From: Candidatus Omnitrophota bacterium
Lineage (GTDB): Bacteria > Omnitrophota > Gorgyraeia > Gygaellales > Profunditerraquicolaceae
Length of the DNA: 50,014 bases
NCBI GenBank assembly: GCA_043802425.1
Contig: JAZDLA010000013.1
Span: 1-50,014, forward strand
Direction of reading: 5' to 3'
Shown: piece after piece, positions 26,269 to 33,951 of the stretch
Layout: every line of letters starts with the position of its first letter
Position numbering within the stretch: the stretch's first letter is position 1
Made by a program: the position numbers and the translations under genes
The notes under the pieces: model-generated
Told to the model about the DNA's origin: nothing
The model's input: only the letters and a program-made list of their open reading frames with translations
Databases searched by the model: none

Positions 26269-26894
26269 CGAATTATTTTTTTAAGCGGACCATAGCGATA
26301 TCTCTTTTAGGCCATATTACTTTATTTAGCCTGTTTAGTTTTTCTTTCGGGCCTAAGATACCCGAAGGAAATTTTACGGATATTTCTTTCCGCGGAGCGA
26401 TCCTGCGCGTATCGGATTTAACGGATAACCGGAATTTTAGGCCAAGTTATAATACGGTAACTATTAAAAGGCCCGAAGCGCTGATACTAGATAAGATAGA
26501 CCGCGAGTCTTTCTTAGACGTCAGGGAGTATATAAAACCAGCGGCAATTTTACCGATAGCCGAAGACAGAATAGTCTTTGCCAAAAAATTAAATCCAAGA
26601 TTGCCTCCAGCTGCGATAAAAGAGCCGACAATAATATTTTATCCAAAACTACCCTATAATTTTTCTCTTTATTTCAAGGACAGGCAGATAGCGCACATAG
26701 AACTTGAGTTTCAGGTAATTTCTACCGGCAGGAAGAGTTCTATATTGATTAAAAGGAAGATCTCCTCAGGTAATCTAGAAGCGGACCTTTTAAGTCTGCG
26801 CTATATCAACCATTACCTTTCTATAGAGCAAGCGGCATTTCCTCCCGATAAATGGCAGACGGTGAAAATAGACCTCTCCGCCTTAAATGATTAG
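26265..26894 (+). CDS. TonB/TolA-like membrane-anchored protein (weak call)
   Basis: The track ORF starts at 26208. ATG at 26265 forms an ATGA overlap with the exbD stop. The anchor AISLLGHITLFSLF has the Ser/His pattern of TonB-type anchors. C-terminal ...ISSGNLEADLLSLRYI... could be TonB_C-like. No Pro-rich spacer. Confidence 0.45.
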   Translation: MTNYFFKRTIAISLLGHITLFSLFSFSFGPKIPEGNFTDISFRGAILRVSDLTDNRNFRPSYNTVTIKRPEALILDKIDRESFLDVREYIKPAAILPIAEDRIVFAKKLNPRLPPAAIKEPTIIFYPKLPYNFSLYFKDRQIAHIELEFQVISTGRKSSILIKRKISSGNLEADLLSLRYINHYLSIEQAAFPPDKWQTVKIDLSALND

Positions 26895-27114
26895 CATCGA
26901 TTTTTCTTTAGCCGTGTCGCTATATATTTTTCTCGCCTTGGGTAGCATATTGCTTATTTGGCTATTCAGTAAAAAACAAAAGAATAAAAATTTATCTTTG
27001 GACAAGAAATTTATCTGGTTTTGTTCTGTGTGCGCGTATACTTATGTCAGCACCAAGGAAGACTTAATTTCAACTTGCCCCCGTTGCGGTAGTTATAATA
27101 AAAAAAATGATTGA
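26887..27114 (+). CDS. Small membrane-anchored zinc-ribbon protein
   Basis: One TM helix (LAVSLYIFLALGSILLIWLF) followed by CSVC...CPRC (CxxC-16-CxxC). Overlaps the preceding gene by 8 nt. Confidence 0.55.
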   Translation: MISIDFSLAVSLYIFLALGSILLIWLFSKKQKNKNLSLDKKFIWFCSVCAYTYVSTKEDLISTCPRCGSYNKKND

Positions 27115-27157
27115 CATCGACCTTTTTTGATTTAAAATAAGGGAAAAGAGGTATAAA

Positions 27158-27364
27158 ATGATTACCGAAATAGGAATAGTTGCAGGAGATATTTGGTATT
27201 ATCTTGACCAGTGCAAAGAAGTAACCCTTTCTGATTTGATCAAAGGCATTGATAAGCCCAAAGATAACATATTAATGAGTTTAGGCTGGCTTGCCCGCGA
27301 AGGCCATGTGTTGGTGCAGCAATTAGGCAGCGATTATAAGGTCAGTTTAAATAAACAGGTTTAG
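27158..27364 (+). CDS. Small winged-helix protein (DUF2582-like)
   Basis: 68 aa. The pattern GIVAGDIWYYL....EVTLSDL......ILMSLGWLAREGHV resembles the DUF2582 wHTH family as I remember it. GAGG SD upstream. Confidence 0.5.
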   Translation: MITEIGIVAGDIWYYLDQCKEVTLSDLIKGIDKPKDNILMSLGWLAREGHVLVQQLGSDYKVSLNKQV

Positions 27365-27372
27365 GAGCGCAT

Positions 27373-27714
27373 ATGCGCAATAAGGGAGTAGTATTAATTA
27401 TTGTTTTAGCTACGATTTTAATAGCGGCAATCTTAGCTAACATTATTTTGGGTTTTATTTTGAGCCATTACCGCTTTACCTATCATCAGACAAGTCGTCT
27501 CCAGGCTTATTATACTTCTTTAGCGGGGATGAATCTGGCCCAAGACAAATTAAGGACAGGGGCATGGACAACCGGTACGTACACGTTATGCAGTTCCGGT
27601 TGCACGGTTAACGACCCCGATATTAAAAAAACAGTGACTATTACCATTAGCGACCCTGCTGCTAACGGCTTGCGTACGCTCGCTCTTAAGACTACCTATA
27701 CTTACACACCTTAA
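27373..27714 (+). CDS. PilX-N / GspK-like minor pseudopilin-like protein
   Basis: MRNKGVVLIIVLATILIAAILANIIL has a G then a hydrophobic helix without E+5, as in GspK/PilX-type proteins. This is followed by RLQAYYTSLAGMNLAQDKL, resembling the PilX_N helix. Confidence 0.5.
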   Translation: MRNKGVVLIIVLATILIAAILANIILGFILSHYRFTYHQTSRLQAYYTSLAGMNLAQDKLRTGAWTTGTYTLCSSGCTVNDPDIKKTVTITISDPAANGLRTLALKTTYTYTP

Positions 27715-27924
27715 GCCCACCATTTTTTTAAACCCAGGACAGAGTAATAATAAGTAAATCTATTATAATCCAGGTAAATAACGAATCAATTTTCCTATCA
27801 CAAATTCCTCTTAAGATTATAATCTAAGTAAATCTAAGTAAATAAATGATGAAGTTGATTAGCTTAAATTTACCTTTGAATCTATAATATAAGTATGTAT
27901 AAGTAAGTATAGATAAAAAAACAC

Positions 27925-27953
27925 TTGACAAAAGTAATATTTTATGTTCTAAT
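27925..27953 (+). promoter_or_regulatory. Sigma70-type promoter candidate for the pilus/T2SS-like operon
   Basis: TTGACA (27925-27930), 17-nt spacer containing TG, TCTAAT (27948-27953). Lies in a 277-bp AT-rich gap. Confidence 0.5.
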
Positions 27954-27991
27954 TAAAACAATTATTATATATAGATAGAAAGGTAAGCGAT

Positions 27992-28186
27992 ATGTCTAGA
28001 TTAATGGACATCGATGAACTAGCGGAGTATCTACGGCTAAAAAGACAAACCCTCTATAACTGGTTACATCAAAGAAAGATTTCCGGAATTAAAGTAGGCG
28101 GGGTATGGAGATTTGACCGCCGCGATATAGATTCCTGGCTGAAGAGCAGAAAGCGCTTATCTAAGCCCCCGGGAGAAAATATATGA
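27992..28186 (+). CDS. Excisionase-family (HTH_17 / MerR-like) DNA-binding protein
   Basis: MDIDELAEYLRLKRQTLYNWLHQRKISGIKVGGVWRFDRRDIDSWL is the classic excisionase-type HTH pattern. ATGA overlap with the next gene. Confidence 0.75.
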   Translation: MSRLMDIDELAEYLRLKRQTLYNWLHQRKISGIKVGGVWRFDRRDIDSWLKSRKRLSKPPGENI

Positions 28187-29730
28187 ATACGTTAGGCATA
28201 TATTTTGGTCCGCAAATAATTAGCGTTGTCGAAACTAAGAATAATTTCCTAATAAAAAATACCCAGATTGCTTCTTCTTTGATTTCGCCAGCGAACCCAT
28301 CAGAAGAAAAGGTCCCTGAAGAGATAAAATTAGTCACCCTGCTTAAAGATGAATTAACGAAAAACGCAATTGAAGCCAAAGAAGCCGTGGTTAGTCTTTC
28401 GGGTAAGGATTTAATTATTCGTACCTTCGAAATCCCCATTATACCGCATAGCGAGATATATAGCGCCGTAAATTTTGAGGTAAAAAAATATATTCCCTTT
28501 AAGACCACAGATTTAATTGCGGACTGTCAGTGGCAATTCGATAGGACTATCCGAAAGACCCGCATCTTATATGTAGGTATCAAGAAAGATTCCCTAAATA
28601 AGTATATCGCTGTCTTTAAACAATTAGGCATTAAAGTAATCTCTATAGAATACTCAGCTTTTAGTATGCTGAGATTACTAAATCTAGCCGGCGTCAAGGA
28701 AAAAAAGATTATTGCCATGGTGAATATCGAAGCGGGTAAAGACGATGAGGCCAACTTTGTAGTCCTGGAGAATGGTTTCCCTTTATTCAGCCGTGATATA
28801 ACCTTTACGGGCGGATACGATGAGGCTGAGAAGACCGAAGAAGGCCAACCCGGCGTATTTTCAGGAAAATTAAAAAGGGAAATTCAGATATCCCTGGATT
28901 ATTACGAGCGTAAATTTCCGGGTAAGAGCATCAGCAAGATATTCTTTGTTACTAACCCTGGCTATCACGCCGATTTAGAAGGGTTTTTTAAAGAGTCAAA
29001 TTTAGCAGTTAAATTTATCGATGTTACCCTGTTTACGGGTAAGCCCGTTCCTTTTTCTTTAGCCTTTGCGAAAGGCTATAGCAGCTCTTTGTATAAGGTT
29101 AAGACAGAGCTAAAGATCAATCTGGTATCGGCAAAGGAAAGGACGGAAAAAAAAGTAATTGCTGAAAAGAAAGGGCTGGCCGCTATAGTTGCATTATTCA
29201 GGGCAAATACCCAGTTGATTGCGGCGGGCCTTTTCATCTGTCTTGCTACATTCTTTTTTGGCATGTATCGAACCTTACCTGTACAAAAAGACCTGGAAAA
29301 GACAATAATCATGCGGCCGCCTATTTCTACTGTTTCGGCAGACCGTAGTTACGCCGATCTGGCGGCTGTTAATTCTAATTATAAGCTAAAAATAGAGACC
29401 ATGGGTAGTGTTGTTAATAAACGGGAATACCTGACTCCGTTGCTTGATGTCCTTCCCCGTTTGATACCGCAGGGTATGTGGTTAACTAAGTTATCTTTTA
29501 GCGAAGAAAAAGAAAAAATAGACCTTGTCTTAAAAGGTACCGTTTATATGGAGAACAGGAATAAAGAATTAGGCTCAATTAACGCCCTGATTACAGATCT
29601 AAAACGAAATAATACCTTTTACCTGTATTTTAAAGAGATAAACCTTGTTTCTACCGAGATTGAAAAGATTAAAGGGGTAGACGTAACTAATTTTGTAATT
29701 TCCTGTCAGGGCGCAAGAGAGGCCAAGTGA
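28183..29730 (+). CDS. PilM-PilN fusion (GspL-like) pilus/T2SS assembly protein
   Basis: The N-terminal ~330 aa is PilM-like and actin-fold sized, with LGIYFGPQIISVVE and VSLSGKDLIIRTFEIP blocks. One TM helix follows (LIAAGLFICLATFFFGMY), then a ~150-aa periplasmic PilN-like domain. Position is upstream of PilO/PilP/secretin. Confidence 0.7.
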   Translation: MNTLGIYFGPQIISVVETKNNFLIKNTQIASSLISPANPSEEKVPEEIKLVTLLKDELTKNAIEAKEAVVSLSGKDLIIRTFEIPIIPHSEIYSAVNFEVKKYIPFKTTDLIADCQWQFDRTIRKTRILYVGIKKDSLNKYIAVFKQLGIKVISIEYSAFSMLRLLNLAGVKEKKIIAMVNIEAGKDDEANFVVLENGFPLFSRDITFTGGYDEAEKTEEGQPGVFSGKLKREIQISLDYYERKFPGKSISKIFFVTNPGYHADLEGFFKESNLAVKFIDVTLFTGKPVPFSLAFAKGYSSSLYKVKTELKINLVSAKERTEKKVIAEKKGLAAIVALFRANTQLIAAGLFICLATFFFGMYRTLPVQKDLEKTIIMRPPISTVSADRSYADLAAVNSNYKLKIETMGSVVNKREYLTPLLDVLPRLIPQGMWLTKLSFSEEKEKIDLVLKGTVYMENRNKELGSINALITDLKRNNTFYLYFKEINLVSTEIEKIKGVDVTNFVISCQGAREAK

Positions 29731-29740
29731 GAGCATAAAG

Positions 29741-30274
29741 ATGAACTATTCGCGCGAAGAATTAGTCAGTTTAATCAACGAAAATAAAGAAAAAATTATA
29801 AGCATGGTAGTAATTATAGCTGCGCTGATTATTGCCGTCAGTATTTATAAAGACCAATCGCGGAAGCTCCAATTACTGAATACAGAGAGGGACATAGAAA
29901 TAAAAAAGAATATAGTACTAAACGATATTAAGCAGTCAGAGAAGAAGATTGAATTCTACAAGAATCTCCTCAGCGAAAAAGCCCCATCCGCGATTACCAG
30001 TAAAATTAAGGATATTGCCATGGATGCCAGTATAAATATTATTTCAATCCAGTCGGGCTCAGGAGAACAAAAGCCCCTCTATACCGAGTATCCCTTTGTG
30101 TTAACTATAGGTGCACAAAGTTACCACGCCATAGGGAATTTTATCAGTAAAATAGAAAATTATTCTGACCTATATTCTGTACATACGGTAAGCATAGTAT
30201 CTTCGGGGGAAAGCCAAGCATCGGATAAGTTGATCGTTGATCTGACGTTAACGGTAATTGCATTTACGGGTTAA
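29741..30274 (+). CDS. PilO/GspM-like assembly protein
   Basis: N-terminal TM (IISMVVIIAALIIAVSIY), a coiled-coil stretch, and a C-terminal ~90-aa domain. Assigned mainly on architecture and gene order. Confidence 0.5.
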   Translation: MNYSREELVSLINENKEKIISMVVIIAALIIAVSIYKDQSRKLQLLNTERDIEIKKNIVLNDIKQSEKKIEFYKNLLSEKAPSAITSKIKDIAMDASINIISIQSGSGEQKPLYTEYPFVLTIGAQSYHAIGNFISKIENYSDLYSVHTVSIVSSGESQASDKLIVDLTLTVIAFTG

Positions 30275-30276
30275 GA

Positions 30277-30714
30277 ATGACAAGGCCGAAGAAAGGAAAA
30301 ATAATCGCTCTGTTTATTAGCATATTTATCTTTTTTCCCGTTAGGCAAACCCAATCTTTAGAGACAGTGGCGGAACCTAAAAAGATAGAATATAGCGCGG
30401 GAGACTTAAAAGACCCCTTTCAAGAAGAGCATATAGGAGTAGTAGTAGAGGAGCAAGTGCTTGAGGCAGGACCGTTACCCTCCGTGACTATCCAGGGGAT
30501 AGTCTGGGGAGGTACTCTTGCACAGGCAATTATCAATGATAAAGTGGTAAAAGTAGGCGATACTATAGAAGGAATGCAGCTTTTAGAGATCAATAGGGAA
30601 GGCATAATCGTATTATATGCAGGCACAAGACGTAATTTATCTGCGCCTTCGGTAATCCAAATGGGAAGTATTAATAAGAAATCAGAAGGAGGGACTGATG
30701 AAGATGAATATTAG
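30277..30714 (+). CDS. PilP / GspC-HR-like secretin-associated protein
   Basis: N-terminal anchor/signal (IIALFISIFIFFPV). The C-terminal beta-rich block VTIQGIVWGGTLAQAIINDKVVKVGDTIEGMQLLEINREGIIVLY is like PilP/GspC/GspB modules. Gene is directly upstream of the secretin. Confidence 0.45.
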   Translation: MTRPKKGKIIALFISIFIFFPVRQTQSLETVAEPKKIEYSAGDLKDPFQEEHIGVVVEEQVLEAGPLPSVTIQGIVWGGTLAQAIINDKVVKVGDTIEGMQLLEINREGIIVLYAGTRRNLSAPSVIQMGSINKKSEGGTDEDEY

Positions 30715-32215
30715 GTTATTCGTATTGTTTCTTGCCCTTTGTTTATTGCCGCTAAGATTAAATGCCGCGGAAGATATGTATTTTCCCGATCCCGACGTAA
30801 CTATATCCATGGATTTTCAGGATGCCGGCCTGAAAGATATATTAAAAATATTATCTATCCAGTCGGGGATGAATTTCATTGCTTCTGAGGGGGTGCAGGA
30901 AAGGAAGATGACCCTCTTTTTCGATAAGGTGCCTCTGGAGGAGGCAATGGATAAGTTATTCAAGGCAAATAATCTTTCTTATGACTTAGATGCCGATTCA
31001 AGTATTTTCATTGTTAAGGACTGGGGTAAGCCTGAAATAGAGAAGATAACCAAAGTCTTTTACCTTAAACACGCCTCGGTTTCCTCCTCTTCCTTGAAAG
31101 AAGAGATGTCTAGCCAGCTATCCTCTGGCTCTGCCAGCGCAAGCGATTCCTCGTCTTCCTCAGGAGGGTCTTCCTCAGGAGGAAAGTGGAAAGCCGAAGA
31201 AAATGCGGGTATCACAGAGGCAGTAAAGAAGAATCTTTCTTCGCAAGGTTATGTCGTCGAAGACTTCCGTACAAATAGCTTAATTGTTACAGATATACCC
31301 AGCCGCATGCCCATTATTGAAAGATTGATTGCTTCTCTGGATATGCCTGTGCCTCAGGTGTTACTGGAAGTAGAGATGTTAGATGTGAGTAAAAATGTAG
31401 TGGATCAGTTGGGGTTTGATTTTAACAGTAATCCTTTTACGATGATTATTAAAGGTGGTTCGGGAAACGAATTTTTTATCGGTGACCTGACCAGGAAAGG
31501 CTTGGATCTCGCTGATATTAGTACGGCAGGCCATATGCTTCTTGGCCGTACTTACGCTCAACTCTTAGATTTTTTAAGTACCCGCACGGATACGAAATAT
31601 TTAGCCAGGCCGCGGCTTTTGACTTTGAATAACGAAACAGCAGAGATAAAAATTACTACCCAGGAATCCGTAGGCGTTACTACCACTACAGAAGCTACCA
31701 GTGGTACCACTTCCGCCGAAGCCGAGCGTGCCGAAACAGGCGTATTCTTAAGAGTCACTCCCCAGATTAATATGGATACCGGAGAGGTTACTATGTTTAT
31801 TTATCCCCAGGTAAGCGAAGCCACGGCAGGTAACACCTTAACCAGCGGTGGACAGACCTATAGATATAGAGACCCGGAAGTGCGCAGTACCAAAGCTGTG
31901 GTCAGGGTAAAAGACAATGAGACTGTAATCGTAGGCGGTCTCATCCGTAATGAATTCAGTCAGGATGTCAAAAAAATCCCTATACTGGGAGATATACCTA
32001 TATTGGGAGCTGTATTCAGGCATAAAAATAAGACTAAAGACAAGGAACGCGAATTACTCGTATTTATCACCCCGCACATCATAAAAGATACGGGCACAGG
32101 GTTTGTTACTGCAAAAAAGGGTAGACTCCCTACGAGGGAACAGAATATGGGTTCAATCTTAGACCGGCAGATGGCCGTGAAGTCAAGCCTGGATAGCTTT
32201 AATAGAGTTAAATAA
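30698..32215 (+). CDS. Secretin (PilQ/GspD family)
   Basis: Signal peptide ending LRLNA/AED. Secretin_N-type modules. C-terminal secretin domain with ETVIVGGLI and KIPILGDIPILGAVFRHKNKTKDKERELLVFITPHII. Confidence 0.88.
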   Translation: MKMNIRLFVLFLALCLLPLRLNAAEDMYFPDPDVTISMDFQDAGLKDILKILSIQSGMNFIASEGVQERKMTLFFDKVPLEEAMDKLFKANNLSYDLDADSSIFIVKDWGKPEIEKITKVFYLKHASVSSSSLKEEMSSQLSSGSASASDSSSSSGGSSSGGKWKAEENAGITEAVKKNLSSQGYVVEDFRTNSLIVTDIPSRMPIIERLIASLDMPVPQVLLEVEMLDVSKNVVDQLGFDFNSNPFTMIIKGGSGNEFFIGDLTRKGLDLADISTAGHMLLGRTYAQLLDFLSTRTDTKYLARPRLLTLNNETAEIKITTQESVGVTTTTEATSGTTSAEAERAETGVFLRVTPQINMDTGEVTMFIYPQVSEATAGNTLTSGGQTYRYRDPEVRSTKAVVRVKDNETVIVGGLIRNEFSQDVKKIPILGDIPILGAVFRHKNKTKDKERELLVFITPHIIKDTGTGFVTAKKGRLPTREQNMGSILDRQMAVKSSLDSFNRVK

Positions 32216-32235
32216 ATTATTCACTTAAAAAAGCC

Positions 32236-33951
32236 ATGTCCCCTAGAGAAAAATACTTAAGATTAGGCGAACTTCTCCTTAAGGAAGGTACTATCACCCA
32301 GGCGCAGTTAGAGAAGGCGATCAGCGTACAGAGGCAGGAAGGCGGTCGTTTAGGTGAAATATTGGTTAAACTGGGGATACTTAAAGAAGATCAGACAGTA
32401 CTGATCTTAAGCAAACAGCTGCACATCCCTTATTACGGTATAGGTAGTAACTTAAATCCCTCAGCCGGACAGGATTTAGAGCAGCTTATACCCAAAGATT
32501 TTGCGCTCAGGAATATGGTGCTTCCTTTATCTCGCACCTTAAGGTCGCTAACCATAGCTATGGCTGACCCGCTGGATCTTATTCTTATTGATAATTTAAG
32601 AAAATTGACGGATTGCGAAATTAATCCCGTAATCGCGGCCAGGTCTGATATTACCAAGGGGATTGAAGGTTTTTATGGTAAGTCTAAAATGTTCGAAGAA
32701 GCCGTAGAGGCTTCCTATGAGCAGGGCGCTTCTGAATTTGAAACCGTAGAGTTTGCTGATCAGGAATTGAGCCTGGATAAATTGATCGCCCGGGCAGAAG
32801 AGGCGCCTGTGGTGAAGTTAGTAGATTTAATCATCCGTCAGGCTATTGACGAGCGCGCCTCAGATATCCATATTGAGCCTTTTAAAGAGAGGATATCCTT
32901 AAGGTATCGCATTGACGGCAAACTATACGAAATACCCCCGCCTGCCAAGCAATTACATCTGCCGATAATTTCCCGTATAAAGATCTTGAGCAAATTGGAT
33001 ATTGCGGAGAAGCGTCTTCCCCAGGACGGAGCATTCTTGGTAAAAATGGAAGACCGGCCCATAGATATAAGGGTATCTACTATCCCTACGATATACGGCG
33101 AGAAAATAGTAATGAGGATTTTAGACAGGAGCGTCGTAGTTCTAGACTTAAACCGGATGGGTTTTGATTCCAAACAGCTGGGATTAATCCGGCAGGTCAT
33201 ACATTTACCTTACGGCCTCGTGCTCATAACCGGACCTACGGGTAGCGGAAAGACTACTACCTTATACGCGATATTAAGCGAGATAAGAGATCCTACTAAA
33301 AATATCGTTACCGTTGAGGACCCCGTAGAATACAAATTAGACGGCGTTAATCAGGTCCAGGTTAAGCCGGATATAGGGCTTACCTTTGCCAATGCCTTAC
33401 GCAGTTTCTTAAGGCAGGACCCGGATATAATGCTGGTTGGTGAGACCAGGGACCTTGAGACTGCCGAGATTTGTATCCGTTCGGCTTTAACCGGCCACTT
33501 GGTATTTAGCACTTTGCATACCAATGATGCGCCTTCGGCCATAACCCGTCTGATAGATATCGGCATCGAACCTTTTATGGTCGCGCCTTCGATACTCTTA
33601 GTAATTGCCCAGCGCCTTATCCGGAAATTATGCCCTGACTGCAAAGAGGCATATGAACCTGGTCCCGAGCTAACTGCGAAGGTGAAGATCAAAGCAGAGT
33701 TACTCTATAAACCTAAAGGTTGCAGCAAATGCGGTCAACTCGGCTATAAGGGGAGAACCTGTGTGTGCGAAGTCATGACTATAAATGAAGAAGTACGGGA
33801 ATTGATTAGCCAGGGTGCTTCTTTTCAGAAGATAAGAGATGCGGCCAAGAAATCCGGTATGTTTACGATTTATGACTCGGGGATAAAAAAGGCTGAAGAA
33901 GGAGTCACCTCTTTAGAAGAGGCGCTTTCCGTTACCTTAGGGGCAGAATAA
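32236..33951 (+). CDS. GspE/PilB-family secretion ATPase with T2SSE_N (MshEN-type) N-terminal domain
   Basis: Walker A GPTGSGKTT, Walker B DPDIMLVGETRD, His box GHLVFSTLHTND, tetracysteine CPDC...CSKC. Two RLG...Q 24-mers at residues 9-32 and 38-61. Confidence 0.93.
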   Translation: MSPREKYLRLGELLLKEGTITQAQLEKAISVQRQEGGRLGEILVKLGILKEDQTVLILSKQLHIPYYGIGSNLNPSAGQDLEQLIPKDFALRNMVLPLSRTLRSLTIAMADPLDLILIDNLRKLTDCEINPVIAARSDITKGIEGFYGKSKMFEEAVEASYEQGASEFETVEFADQELSLDKLIARAEEAPVVKLVDLIIRQAIDERASDIHIEPFKERISLRYRIDGKLYEIPPPAKQLHLPIISRIKILSKLDIAEKRLPQDGAFLVKMEDRPIDIRVSTIPTIYGEKIVMRILDRSVVVLDLNRMGFDSKQLGLIRQVIHLPYGLVLITGPTGSGKTTTLYAILSEIRDPTKNIVTVEDPVEYKLDGVNQVQVKPDIGLTFANALRSFLRQDPDIMLVGETRDLETAEICIRSALTGHLVFSTLHTNDAPSAITRLIDIGIEPFMVAPSILLVIAQRLIRKLCPDCKEAYEPGPELTAKVKIKAELLYKPKGCSKCGQLGYKGRTCVCEVMTINEEVRELISQGASFQKIRDAAKKSGMFTIYDSGIKKAEEGVTSLEEALSVTLGAE

